DNA of 64,000 bases from Octopus sinensis (GCF_006345805.1 NC_043005.1:66588001-66652000), one strand, 5' to 3'; shown: positions 13,385 to 26,480, counted from the first letter of the stretch. Program-made: numbers and translations. Notes: a model not told the origin generated them from the letters alone.

Positions 13385-13476
13385 ATCTGTTTCCACTATA
13401 ATGTATGATCTCATAGTTGATTGCCTGAGCAAGAACCTTCTGTTCCATCAGCGCTTCAAATATGAAATGCAATTTA
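13385..13476 (-). CDS. Candidate 92-nt internal exon (KLHFIFEALMEQKVLAQAINYEIIHYSGNR), product unknown
   Basis: Acceptor ttcctatgtttgcttttcaaAG, donor GTAAGT and only one open frame. No family recognised. Confidence 0.3.
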
Positions 13477-14158
13477 CTTTGAAAAGCAAACATAGGAAAG
13501 CATTACGCGTATACACACACACACACACACGCGTGTGTATATATGTACTATGTATGTATATATGTGCATGTGTGTGTGTATTTATATATATGTACGTGTA
13601 TATGTATGTTTAAATATTTTTTCGATTTAGATCAACAAATGAGACGAGAAGAAAAATAGACTAACATTATTTGTACTTTGAACGATATTCTTTGTGACTT
13701 TTATTCCACAAGGAGCTACGTACACTCCCTTGTTACATTCATGGCTAGAAATCCACGAAACCAGTTAATGTATTGATAGAAACCATGATAAACGAGGCGA
13801 CATTTTACCATTGGCAATAATATTTAAAGAAATAAAGATAGCAATGAATTCCTAGGGTGTTCACCTCCAAATTACTATCGATTTACAATTTACCAGATAC
13901 ATTTCTTCGCATCACAGTTGCTTATCCTCTAATTACATTCCTCAATTGATGAATTTGTGGACGAATTTACGAAAGGAACAAGCTATTTGCTCAACGTGGA
14001 TGACTAAATGCTTTAACGCATTTCACAAATTATGAGGAGCCATAATAGCTCTGAAAGTCATATGCGGTTAGTTTAGAGTTCTAAAATGTTTTATGGCCAC
14101 CTTTATATACATATATAACAATTTGCGGGAATACATGATCACAAATAGTTACATATGT

Positions 14159-14600
14159 ATCCCCTGGAAGACAAAGCTCTGCATCTACAACGCGTCGGTC
14201 CTCTCTGCTTTTCTCTTCGTGGAATCTCACGAAGACCCTGGCAAGAGGATCAACAGCTTAGATAGCAGAGTCCTAAGAACCATTGAGAACATTAGATGAT
14301 ACTATTACGTTTCCAACAAAGAACTGAGTCCAGATCATCCTACCAAGGCCTTACTCTCGTTCGACGCACATGTGGTGGTCTTGAAGAAGCCCTGAAGCAG
14401 GTCCCGCTCTAGTTAACTGGACGGGAGTAAGGGTCACCTCCAAATGCTTGACATCATGGAGGATGCAGACAGGCTGACACAAGACCACCAGCGATGGGGA
14501 GTACTGGTGGGCTTGGTTGTCTCTATTTACGATAACACTTCTGGGACCACTAAAGTGGGATGACCACAGCCCCATCAATCAAGAGCATGAAGCGAACAAT
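14159..14600 (+). mobile_element. RTE-type LINE 3' remnant
   Basis: Reads IPWKTKLCIYNASVLSAFL..KRINSLDSRVLRTIENIR*..VSNKEL, typical of the post-RT region of RTE-clade elements. Confidence 0.7.
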
Positions 14601-14737
14601 TTTCGGGGTACCAAAACCTGAACAAATACTTGCTTAGGTTGGTTTTACGATTCTTCGAGAGTTAAACGATTTTCTCAATCCACTATCCTTAATAGTAATA
14701 ACAACAATAATGATGATGATAATAATAAAAAAAAATA

Positions 14738-14985
14738 AATGCGCCCTTTTAAACCCTAGCCAGGCTCATGGGCCCACTTTCCCGGTTTCTATGGCGTATG
14801 TGTTTCCCAGCTGGGTGGGACGTCAGTCCATCGCAGCGTTACTCATTTTTGCCAGCTGAGTGGGCTGGAGCAACGTGAAATGAAGTGTTTTGCTCAAGAA
14901 CACAATGCATCGCCCGGTCCAGGAATCGAAACCCCAATCTTACGATCATGATGCTGACACCCTAACTACTAAACCACGCGCCTCC
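14738..14985 (-). mobile_element. tRNA-derived SINE
   Basis: Minus strand reads ggaggcgcgtggtttagtagttagg..gtttcgattcctggaccggg, with a shared body and an (ATT)-rich tail. Close paralogue of 43690-43936. Confidence 0.92.
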
Positions 14986-15689
14986 ACTGATGATAATAAT
15001 AATAATGATAATAATTGTAACAACAACAACAATAACAAAAACAGCATCAATGAAGAGAAAAATATAAAATATACGTAAAAAACTTTCTTCCCTCAGTAAA
15101 ACAAAAAAATATTAGGAACAGATGAGAGTTAAAGAAAATGCAAAAAAAAAAAAAAAGAAATGAAAAAAAGTATAAGTGAAGTCGTGCTTTATTAGATACT
15201 TTAAATACAAGAAACGCTTCCATGAGACTACATTATCTGAAACTGATGCCGTAACATTCCACCGAGAAATACGCAGAGAAGCATAATTCTTGATAGCAAC
15301 CAAAACCAAGAGGAATCAAGTGTAATCGAAGAATCTATACAAGGTAAGGCTTCAACACAACTAAACGCCACATCAGAAGAATAAAATAATAGCACCGTAG
15401 TCATGTTCTATGATATTCAGCGAAGAATCTATCAGTGCAATAAAATCTGCTAACAATTACGAAGCTGTTAGTATTGATAAATTCACGATTTCTGACAAAG
15501 AGCACAATTGTTCTGAAGCTGTGGCAACAGCATCCGATAAATTGCTGAACGACTCGGAAGGAATATCTGGCTGCTTAGAGGAAAAGACAATATTGATTCC
15601 CACAAATAACCAGCTACAGATCTATGAAACAGCATCTATAGATCTATAATGTTTTGTAAAGAATATAAAACCATTGTGTAAAATACTCT

Positions 15690-16140
15690 AAAAGGCTGAG
15701 GATCTGAAATGGGAAGAAAATGGTACGAGCATCAACCAGAAAAGGTAATAGAGAACAACCAGTATAAGGTTTTATGAGATTTTAATATACAGACTGATTG
15801 CGAAATTAATACCAGAAGAACCAGATCATTATGGATTTTGACAAGGGGAAAAGTGCATTATCACAGATATGGTTATATTTGTGGATATGAATGTAGCAGT
15901 CAAAGAAGAAGCGAAAATAAGAAAATACTAAGATTTGGCTAGAGAACTACAACGACGACGACGACGACTATGGGGGGTTTCTACAATAGTAATCGCAGTT
16001 CTTATAGGTACCTTTGATACTGTCACTAACAGACTTAACAGTTCCCTTATTGAGGTTGGTGCAAGTATCAGTGTTGCATAATTCGGAAATCTGCGAAACT
16101 TGGAGCGACACTGTGGCACACATTGTAGCAGAATGACCCA
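15690..16140 (+). mobile_element. R4/Dong-type non-LTR retrotransposon 3' remnant (REL endonuclease)
   Basis: Reads KWYEHQPEKVIENNQYKVL*DFNIQTD..RR-PD..KCIITD..K..KY*DLARELQR..LWGV..IVIAVLIG. Confidence 0.85.
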
Positions 16141-16199
16141 AGTTAACACAAGAGAAATATAAAAAACAACGAATATAAAAACACTGGAAAACTGTGATA

Positions 16200-16759
16200 G
16201 AAATTGGGATTTGAAGCTGGAAACACATGGCACAATCATCGAGTCGAAAGGGTACTAGAGTCGGAGAAATGTAAGGTTTTGTTGAACTTTCCTATTCAAA
16301 CGGACATGAAGTTAGAAAAGATTAGACCGGACATAATTATTGATGAAGAAAAGCAAAGTTACATACTAATCAACCTATCATGTCCGTTTGTTTCCAGTAT
16401 CGTAAAGAAAGAGAAAGAAAAACAAAAACAAAAAAAAACAATCCCTTAAAATTTGAAATTGGAAGAATTAGGAACATAAGAACAGGAAAAGTTGTGCCTA
16501 TAATAATTTTTATAATAATTATAATTGGTGCGTTGGGAACAGTAAAGAAAGATATAGACAAATGGGTGGAGGAGATTGAAACAGAATGCCCGATAGAGCT
16601 CCTACAGAAAGTTCGTCTTTTAGGGATAGCAAGAATTATCAAGAGGGATCTAAGCACTTGAAATACAGCTGAAAACTTGTGGATACCTAAAGTTAAAGAT
16701 AGTAACCGCTACCCACATGAATCCTAGCACGTATAAGACCGAGCCTGACCCAAACCAAC

Positions 16760-16790
<31 letters not shown>

Positions 16791-16826
16791 TAATAATAAT
16801 AATAATAATAATAATAATAGAATAAT
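16200..16826 (+). mobile_element. R4/Dong-type 3' fragment with 3' UTR and (AAT)n tail
   Basis: Reads WHNHRVERVLESEKCKVL..IQTD..IRPDIII..IGALGTVKKDIDKW..LLQKVRLLGIARIIKRDLST*. The (AAT)n tract is about 16760-16826. Confidence 0.9.
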
Positions 16827-17003
16827 AGAACACCGGGGGACGTTTAAGAGAACACCGGGGGACGTTTAAGAGAACACCGGGGGACGTTTAAGGAGAACAC
16901 CGGGGGACGTTTAAGAGAACACCGGGGGACGATTAAGAGAACACCGGGGGACGTTTAAGAGAACACCGGGGGACGTTTAAGAGAACACCGGGGGACGTTT
17001 AAG
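16827..17003 (+). repeat. Tandem array, 8 x 22 bp (AGAACACCGGGGGACGTTTAAG)
   Basis: Units start at 16827, 16849, 16871, 16894, 16916, 16938, 16960 and 16982. There is one extra G (16893) and one T>A in unit 5, and no spacers. Confidence 0.98.
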
Positions 17004-20000
17004 ATGTAAGAACGATACAACAGAGCTCTGAAATCTATCCACAAACATCGAAAACAAGGACATCGTATGAAACCAAAGATTTACTAACAAAGGATTAGAC
17101 TGTACCCGAGTAAGTAATGCTCATTAAAATTTATTACTATTTTCGAAACGAAATGATGTATTTTGACTCGATATCATCTCCACCTCTAACACAACACATG
17201 TAAACATGCGTGGATTATTACGATCAATCAACACCAGATCATCCACGACCCAAAACACCATGTACAAAGGAACTACGAAGAAATTAAATACCACCGATAT
17301 TATTCAACCCAAGAATAACAATCAGGAGGTACGTACCTTAAACTTACAACACAAAATGTGCGAAAAACTACACGTGCAAAACAATGTGACAACAGAAATG
17401 AACGGACCGGTACCCTACGAAAATGACGACCGTCAAAATAATGGGCCGGACGTTGTTCCTCATGTCCCGCAGGTAAAATCCAAAAGACATAAATGGACAC
17501 GTGAGGAATACATTTCTATCCTACACGCATACTTCACAGCAGTGCTCTACTCCAAAAATGTAATCACAACAACACATACATATAAAATATGGAAGGAAAA
17601 TAACATAAATATAGACTTGGATACAGCAATGAACCCTAATAAAATAGCTAACGTACGAAGATACATTCTCAAAGCAAAAAAATATCAGAAATAGAAATAG
17701 AACATCTAAAAGAAAAAATACACCAGGAAAATGTAGATAGAAGCCACACAACGACGCCCATTAATATAAACACTGAAACAGTAAAACACGAAGACAAACG
17801 TAACATTCCCAACAAACACGATATAAATAAAAAAAAACAACAAACGCAGACCGTAAGGATGCATAATAATACACGACAAACAACAAGCCAAAACACGGCA
17901 AACAAACATAAAAATAAGAAAGAAAGCGACACAAATCTAAAACCTAGAGACAACAAAGGGGAGCCTAATGATTATGATAATATAAAAAGTAAAATAATCA
18001 AAGAAATGAAAACCACAGGGCTCAAAATGGACCACCGACCATATCTCCCAAAAATCAAAATAGACGAAACAACAACACCAATTATAAACAGCATAAACCT
18101 AGCCGTCACTGAACTAATAGCCACTGAAACAAAAAGCGATATCACTAAGCTAAATGACTTAGTATACGCAGCAGCCACTGCAGCCACAAAAGAAGCTGGA
18201 TACTCACTAAAACCCATCCAAACAGGAGTACCACCACCCAAACAAACCCTGTGGATAAATAACATCCAAAACAAAATACAAAAAATGAGAAAAGATCTGT
18301 CGATTCTTAATGAAATCAGTAGACAATCAACGCTACTGAGCAACAAAAAGAAAACAAAAATACTCCGCAAATATAACATCACAGAAAAAGATTTACCTGA
18401 GATAAAAGAAAAGCTGAAGCAAGATATCCTTGCCAAAGCACAAAGGATCCGCCGGTACGAGAAACGTCAGCGCTTCTTTGAACAAAACAAAAAGTTCAAC
18501 TCCAACCCCAAAAAGTTCTACCAAGAACTTGGCAAAAATGAAATAGAAATCACTGCAGCACCAACGGCAGAAGAAATGGAAGAATTCTGGAGAGAAATAT
18601 GGTCGGCGAACGAACAACCAAAAAAAAGAAGTATCAAAACAACAAACTCAGCATCTGAGCAACTTTGGACGCCCATAACAACTGAAGAGGTCACCCAGGC
18701 ACTGCAAAGACTAAGCAACTGGAAAGCACCTGGGCATGACAAGATCCCCATCTTCTGGTTGAAATATCTAACAGGAATGCACAAAAAGCTGGCTGAAAAC
18801 TTTAACAGCATGCTAGCAGAGCCAGAGACAATGCCTGAATGGCTCACGAAGGGGAAAACCATCTTAATTCCCAAATCAAATGAGACAGCAAAACCAGAAA
18901 ACTACAGACCAATAACATGTCTCCCTACAATATACAAAGCATTTACTGCAGTGATAACGCAAAGGTTGAACAAGCACCTGGACGAAAACGACCTGTTTCC
19001 AGAAAGGATGCCGCAAAGGCTCATATGGCTGTAAAGATCAACTAATGATTAATAAAGCCATAACTGAAGACAGCCACAGAAAGAAGAAAGGCCTCAGTAT
19101 GGCCTGGATCGATTACAAAAAGGCGTTTGATAGCATCCCCCACACATGGATCCTCGAAACACTAACCATTAACAAAGTAGCACCAACAATTATAAAATTC
19201 ATAGGGCACTCTATGAATAAATGGCACACCGTGCTACAGCTCCAAACAAAAGAGGGACTCATGAAAACCAAAGCCATCCCCATTAGAAGAGGAATATTCC
19301 AGGGAGACACTCTCTCTCCACTCCTTTTCTGCTTGGCACTGTCACCTCTATCTGATATACTAAATAGAACTGGATGCAGATATAAATGTTACGGCAAAAC
19401 GATCAGTCACCTTTTATATATGGATGACTTAAAACTATACGCTGCAAATGACAAACAGCTGGAAACACTATTAAAGACAGTTCATGGATTTACCAAAGAA
19501 ATAGATATGAAATTTGGATTAGAAAAATGCGCCAAAGTAACCCTGAAAAGAGGAAAACTAGTTAAGAGCAGCAACATCACACTAGATAAAACCAATGAAA
19601 TAAAAGAATTAGACCAAAGCCAAACTTACAACTACTCAGGAATCCATAAACTAGATAAGACACAACACACAAATGGAAGAGAAAATAAAAAAAGAATATT
19701 ATAGACGAGTTAGATCAATACTAAAAACAGAGCTCAATGCTAAAAACAAGATAATATGTATTAACACTTTAGCTGTCCCAGTTATAAGTTACAACTACAA
19801 TATCCTTAACTGGACACTAAATGAACTGACCAAAATAGATAGTAAAACAAGAAAAATAATGAAAGGATCTAGGATGCATCACCCAAAATCTGACATAGAA
19901 AAACTATATATACAACGTATAGAAGGTGGTAGAGGCCTTATACAACTGGAAAACTACTATAAAATAACCACCATAGGACTGCAAAAATATCTATTTCAGA

Positions 20001-21134
20001 AGGAAGGAAAACTGATACAAATAGCGGCAAAACACGAGCAAAACAAAAAACTATTCTCAGTATTTAAGGAAGGTGACAAACACAAACAAGAAATCATACC
20101 ACCTAATAAATATGAAGAAGAAGAAGAAGAAGATGAAGCAACAACAAAAGCTATAAAACAAATGCAATCCAAACTAAAAACAGAACAGCAACGAACCATG
20201 ATAAAACGATGGCAAGAAAAGCCCCTTCATGGTAAATACTGGACTAAACTAAACGCAAAAGAAATAGACACAGAAAAATCCCAGCAATGGTTGAGAAGCT
20301 CAGGACTCAAAGCAGAGACAGAGGGATTTTTAATTGCAGCACAAGGCCAAAGCCTCCCCACCAGAAATTACCAAAAACTTGTAATGAAAAGAAATATAGC
20401 AAGTAACTGCAGAATATGTGGAGATGGACAAGAAACAATAAATCATATTATCTCTGGCTGCCCAGTCCTGGCTAAGAAGGAATATATTCACAGACATGAC
20501 AAAGTTGGAACCTACATACATTGGAAGCTATGCCAACATTATGGAATAACAACAGAAAAAAGATGGTATAGGCACACACCAGAAAAGGTCACAGAAAATG
20601 ACAAAGCAACCATACTCTGGGATATGCCGATACACACAGATAGAAAAATTAAGGCCAACAGGCCAGATATAGTTGTCAGAGATCATGAAGGAAAAGAAAT
20701 GCTTTCTAATTGATGTATCAATACCGGCAGATGACAACGTGTCTCTAAAAGAAATGGAGAAACTTTCAAAATACAAAAACCTGGAAATAGAGGTAACCAG
20801 AATGTGGAATCTAAAAACAGAAACAATTCCTATCATAGTAGGTGCATTAGGTATGATAAAAAATATTCAGACAAATTCATAACAAAAACACCAGGACTTA
20901 CAAACACATATAACATACAGAAAATTGCACTATTAGGCACTGCACACATCCCACGCAGAAGACTTTCCATACAATAACCATCAGAGCATCACAACAAATC
21001 ACAGCACATACCCAAGGCACACAGAGCTGCGCTCGGTAGTGAAGTGAAAGCACGCTATAAAAATAAAACTACTGAATGATAATAATAATAATAATAATAA
21101 TGATAATAATAATGATAATGATAATAATAATAAT
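17004..21134 (+). mobile_element. Near-full-length R4/Dong-clade REL non-LTR retrotransposon (single ORF broken by about 4 frameshifts)
   Basis: N-terminal KWTREE..NKIANVRR. RT motifs WKAPGHD, YRPITCLPT, WIDYKKAFDS, GIFQGDTLSPLLF and HLLYMDDLKL. Zn knuckle CRICGDGQETINHIISGC, then RHDKV and REL RPDIVV..FLIDVSIP..KYK. The ORF ends about 20977, followed by a 3' UTR and an (AAT)n tail at 21077-21134. Confidence 0.97.
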
Positions 21135-21769
21135 GAGATCACAACAAATAACAAATATGACGGAAGTGTAAGAGCGAGCTCCGTGCGAAGTTGGACAAAA
21201 TCTGTGATCATCGGCAAACGTGATTTAAGAAACAGCAAAAATATTTAAAAAATTTTTACTTGACGTAAATCATTTCAGGACAACGAAATATTTCTTTGAT
21301 ATATGAAACGTAGTTGCTGTCGCGCACGTTGTCACATAAAGACAAGTGTATGAAAATGTAAACGACACGCAGAGATGCGATTTGCCTTTACAAGAATTGA
21401 GGAAATACGCTAGAATTCGATGCCGCTACAGTAAAATACTGTGATTACAAATAATAATCGTATATGCAGTCTCATTTCAACACAAATACACATAAATGTA
21501 ATGTTTATGATACACACATGCATCCGTACATTTCATACATAAACAAGACAACGTAGAACACAGTGTTTAAACAAATTAAAAGAGACACATGATAATAAGA
21601 ATTAAATATAAAATATAATATGTCTCATTTTAAATAAAGAAAAAAACAGATATGCTCGAAAATAAAACTTCGAAAACAAATAAAGGCGAATTTTTAATTA
21701 TGAGCATGAGGCGCTCAAGATACGAGAACGAAAATAACGTACTATTAGAGACGGTGGTCTACCAAAAAA

Positions 21770-22190
21770 TTAGCTCTGAACAGGCAGACCCCTCTCCTAG
21801 TGTCACTGCCCAAGCGAAATACAAAACTAAAAGGGAAGGGCGGACAGATGACGTCAGTAGTTGGAGCAAAAATAGCATCTCAAGACGGTTACAATACCAG
21901 TGATTGTAGGAACACTTGAAATGACCAGTAAAGAATCTGAAAATTATTTGAGAATGAACCCTGGATTACCATTCATACAAGAAGCGTAAAAGATTGCCTT
22001 AACAGGTACGTCACACGTATTGAGAAGAGCATTGTCGCTGTAAATTTTCTTTCCTTTTTTTGCCATTTATTTTCTTTGTTTACTTTTATATTTTACATTC
22101 TTTTTTTTCTGTCTTTCTTCCACATGTTTCTATCACATGACTTTGTAAATGAACAATTTGATGTGATTATTTTAATGGCCAACAAATGTA
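21770..22190 (+). mobile_element. R4/Dong-type 3' end remnant
   Basis: Reads HLKTVTIPVIVGTLEM..KIALTGTSHVLRRALSL*, followed by a T-rich UTR. Confidence 0.75.
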
Positions 22191-22214
22191 TACAGTGCCT
22201 GTTTTACCTTAGGT

Positions 22215-24240
22215 GTCAGGAAGTCGTCAGGGAATCTAAGTGATCAACTTCAGGATTGCCTTAATGGAGGAATAATACCAGATTGGATGAATAGAGAAAG
22301 AAGAATGTATCCCATGAAAGACAAAAGCAAGAGTAATATAGCTAGCAATTATTGACCATTAACTTGCTTACCTTTAGGGTGGAAGCTATTAACAGAAATG
22401 CTTTCAGAAAGCATTTACGAGCACCTTGACAACTAGAATTTACTGCCAGAAGAACAGAAAGGTTACAAGAAGGAGGTTAGAGGAATGCATGATCTATTAT
22501 ACATAGACAAAGTGTTTCAAAATGAATAAAAACTAGAAACAAATATCTAACAATAGAATGGATAGATTATTGGAAACACTATGACATGATCCCGCGCGTA
22601 TAGATAAGGTAATATCCGAATATATTCAGTAAAGAAGCCAGCATAAGAGAATTGATTAGCTGTTGCATGAAGAAATGGACACTAGACACAGTTTAGTATA
22701 AGTTAATATCAAGAGAATAATTTTCCAAGTGGACTCGTTATCCTCTTTAATATTTGTCTTATGCTTGAACGCCTCAGTGTAGTATCAAAAAAAGTCAAAG
22801 GCAGAAATAGTAAGGGAAATATTTACCATTTGCTGTACATGGATCATCTGAAGCTTTTTAGTAAGTATTAAAAAGAAATAGATTCCTTAATACAGGTTGT
22901 AAGTCTATTTAGCAAAGACATAGGTATGGAATTTGGCATAGATACGTGTGTAATACTAGTCATGAAAACGGGACTGGTAGTCAACACTGAAGGCGTCTAA
23001 TTACCGGATGACCAGACATTAGAATCATTGGAAGGAGAGAGTCATAAGTATGTAGGAGTATTAAAATCTGACAGCACTAATTATAGAAACACAAGCGAAA
23101 ATTGAGGAGTACATCAGAAGGGTCAGGAAGCTAATGGAGTCTGAATGAAGCTAAATGGTCCGAATCTAGTGATGGCTTTAAATACTTGGGCACTATCATT
23201 ACTTAGATACTCAGTAGCCTTTGTAGATTAGACGAAAAGTAAATTAGCAGAGCTAGATAGAACTAGGAAAGGATTCAATATGAATGGAAGTCTTCATCCA
23301 AGGAGTAATATTATACTTACTTAAAAAGGAAGGCAGAAGAGGGTTAATATCAGCAGAAGACTGCGTTGAGTTAACTAGATTAGATATAGACTCCTATGAA
23401 GGTAATAGTGGAGAAAGCTTATTAATAGATGCTAGAGTCCCAACAAGACATCGGGAATCAAAAACACCAAACCAACTTAGAAATCAGAAAAAAAGAACAG
23501 AAATTATCTGAATGGCAAGCGGTGTTTCGTGGTAGATTCTCAAAGATAGTTGTGGAAAATAGTAATAGTGAAACATGGTTATGGATGCAGAAAGAAAACT
23601 TGAAAAGTGAGACAGAAGGTTTGTTAGTAGCTGCATACGATCAAGCACTAAGAACTAATTGGATAAAAGACCAGATAGACAAAAACCAAGTAGATTCCCA
23701 ATGTAGGCTATGCAAATCAAAAAAGGAAAGCGTTACTCATGCAGTAAGTGATTGTTGCATGCTGGCACAGATAGAATACAGGAAAATACATGATATCCTA
23801 GAGAGTGTAATTCACTGAGAGTTATTACCGATAAATGGTATGAACATGAACCTAATAAAGTACTAGAAATTAAGAAATAGAAGAATTGGGATTCTAACAT
23901 TCAAACTTACAAAGTAATAGAAGCTAGAGGGCTTGATTTAGTAGCAGTAGATAAAGAGAATAGATAAATAGGTTTACAGTCCCAAATGATGACAAATTCA
24001 ATATGAGAAGTACTGAAAAAAATAACAAAGTACTAGGACGTAGCCGTTGAATTACAAAGACTATGGTACGTGAGGATAAAATGTAGTTATAGGTAGTTAT
24101 AGGTGCAGTGGGAAATATCTCTAAAGATCTGCACAGATGGATAGAGGAAATAGGCATAAAACCAAAATTTAGTATAGCTCCAGAAAGCAGTGTTATTAAG
24201 AACAGCTAGGATACAGGAGTCAAAATATTGAGAAAGTAAT
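22215..24240 (+). mobile_element. Decayed R4/Dong-type element (RT through REL)
   Basis: Fragments IPDWM, SNY*PLTCLP, LLPEEQKG, EWIDYWK, FQVDSLS, LLYMDHLKLF, MEFGID, CRLCKSKKESVTHAVSDC and KWYEHEP occur in order, with many stops. Confidence 0.9.
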
Positions 24241-24392
24241 TAGGATTAATAATACTCAATATTGGATATGAATAACGTTCGTCCATCGTAAATCTATAGT
24301 AACTCTATTTTTTATATAGTAAAATCACTTTGCGTTTTCTTTGAATTCCAATATTGCTGGGATTAACATTACGTTGCATCGATTTGTCATCC

Positions 24393-24449
<57 letters not shown>

Positions 24450-24453
24450 CTTT

Positions 24454-24511
<58 letters not shown>

Positions 24512-25070
24512 ATTTACTTTTACATATATATATATATATATATAGATGAGTGTATTTTTACCTTGTTGACAATTAACACGGAAAAATAAATAAATAGTTA
24601 CCAGGGCAGCAAAAATCTCACAAGTAAAGATGTTGTAACTCCTTGTTTATAAAGGTAGAAACTTCGTGTTTACGTTGAATATTTGAATAATATGAATAAA
24701 AAATATTAATATCCCTACTCTTTCTGTTAGCTACTTATGACGTTATATCATATAACGTTTTTTAAAACAATATTAATAGCGTTCTGTCTATCGCTATACA
24801 AATCCATCATTTTTTGCTAAAACGTCGTATTGACGAGTTTCGTTTTTTTCACTTTCCCGAAGAGAAGATTGCATTGTTTATACCATTTATTCTTTTGAAT
24901 AGTATCAGTGGAATTTTCGAAACATGTGTCGAAAGTAAAAATATTTGTTTACACCTGCGTTAAGTCCATTTTTTATTCATATATATATATATATATATAT
25001 AACTTAACTAAGATATGTTTCGACTAAAGTTTATGATACACGCACACACACACAAACACACAGACATGTG

Positions 25071-25191
<121 letters not shown>

Positions 25192-25314
25192 ATTCAAAGA
25201 AGCCTGCCATTTACCGGATGTATTATATGTAAACTTCCCCATGTGCTTCGTTGCAGTAGAACAGATAGCTGTTCGGCTTTGACGGTGCGAGGTCGTTTAT
25301 TTATGATATGTTCA

Positions 25315-25387
25315 GAATCAGTCTTGCTGATGAGTACGGTCGCAACTGCGGTAAGTACGAAATCACAGGTGATACAAGACTAAATTC
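25315..25387 (+). ncRNA. Type I hammerhead ribozyme, fully canonical (AUA triplet)
   Basis: Reads AGTCTTG(25320-26)-CTGATGA-GTAC-GGTCGCAACTGCGGTAA-GTAC-GAAA-TCAC-AG-GTGA-T-A(25374)-CAAGACT(25375-81). Stem I extends via GAAT/ATTC. Confidence 0.92.
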
Positions 25388-25624
25388 ATTTTTTAAATGT
25401 CTTGCTTTGAAAAATTGCATTGGGTAGGATTAGTAAAATTTTTTGGTAGAAATGACTAATGTCCCTCTTAGCGTGTGGCATGTATGTGTAATAATGCCCT
25501 CTATATATAAATTAATATGTTCTATAAGAAAGAATTATTTTCGAAATTTTTCTCTTATGAGGTTTTTCACGCTATCTACCTGATAATTTCTTATTAAGAA
25601 GTTATCCTTAATTGTTAAATAATG

Positions 25625-25669
<45 letters not shown>

Positions 25670-26292
25670 TGTAATTATGTATGTATACGTACCTTCGAAG
25701 TATTGTGTGTCTAATTGACAATACACTGCTCTAAAATTTGTAGACGTGTGCCTATATCAGAAATCGATGTCAAAATGTGACTTGCTCTATAGCTCACATA
25801 TTTTCTTAGGAACTGTAAAATTTTTATATTCATAGCCTAGCAATACATCATAATGCAAGCAACAGCCAAGCACAGAACATTATTTCACATAAGAACAAAA
25901 ATATTTCTAATGTAATAATACGGCTGCATTCAATAATTCAAATGGAAGCCTTCATTAACTAGAATATTAGTGTTTAAATTTTATCTTTATTTCCATTCAC
26001 AATTATTTGCTCGACAAATAGGATGCTCATAATTCTCTTTATCACTAACAGAAACGCATCCATATTCATAATTCTATGCATGAATATAGCCACCTGAGCG
26101 GATTTCTATTTCTGACAACTTTGCATTTGCTAACCATTTCGATGTCATTAGAATACAGTTCACGCTGAACACCCTACTACATGATCATACACATACACGC
26201 AGGGGTATAATAAATGATTATTAGGATGATATTCATGACAACCCTTAACTCTACACATACTTCCGTAACATTATTAGCAACGATATGCGCGC

Positions 26293-26480
26293 GAGGCAGC
26301 GAGTTGTTAAAATCGTAAGACCGCAAAGACGGACAAAATGCTTCGCAGCATTCCGCTCGTTTTCACGTTCTCAGTTCAAATTCTACTGAGGTTGACTTTG
26401 CCTTTCATCATAAGTACTAGTCAAACACTGCTGTCGATGACTTACTCCCTCCCCTATAATTGTTGACCTTTTGCCTAAAG
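26293..26480 (+). mobile_element. Diverged SINE of the 'aggcggcgagctggcagaa' family
   Basis: Contains gaggcagcgagttg..ctcagttcaaattctactgaggttgactttgcctttcatc. Confidence 0.8.

Noticed and set aside
16827-17003. CRISPR-like array
   Set aside because: Units are directly adjacent with no unique spacers, there are no cas genes, and the context is a eukaryotic retrotransposon.
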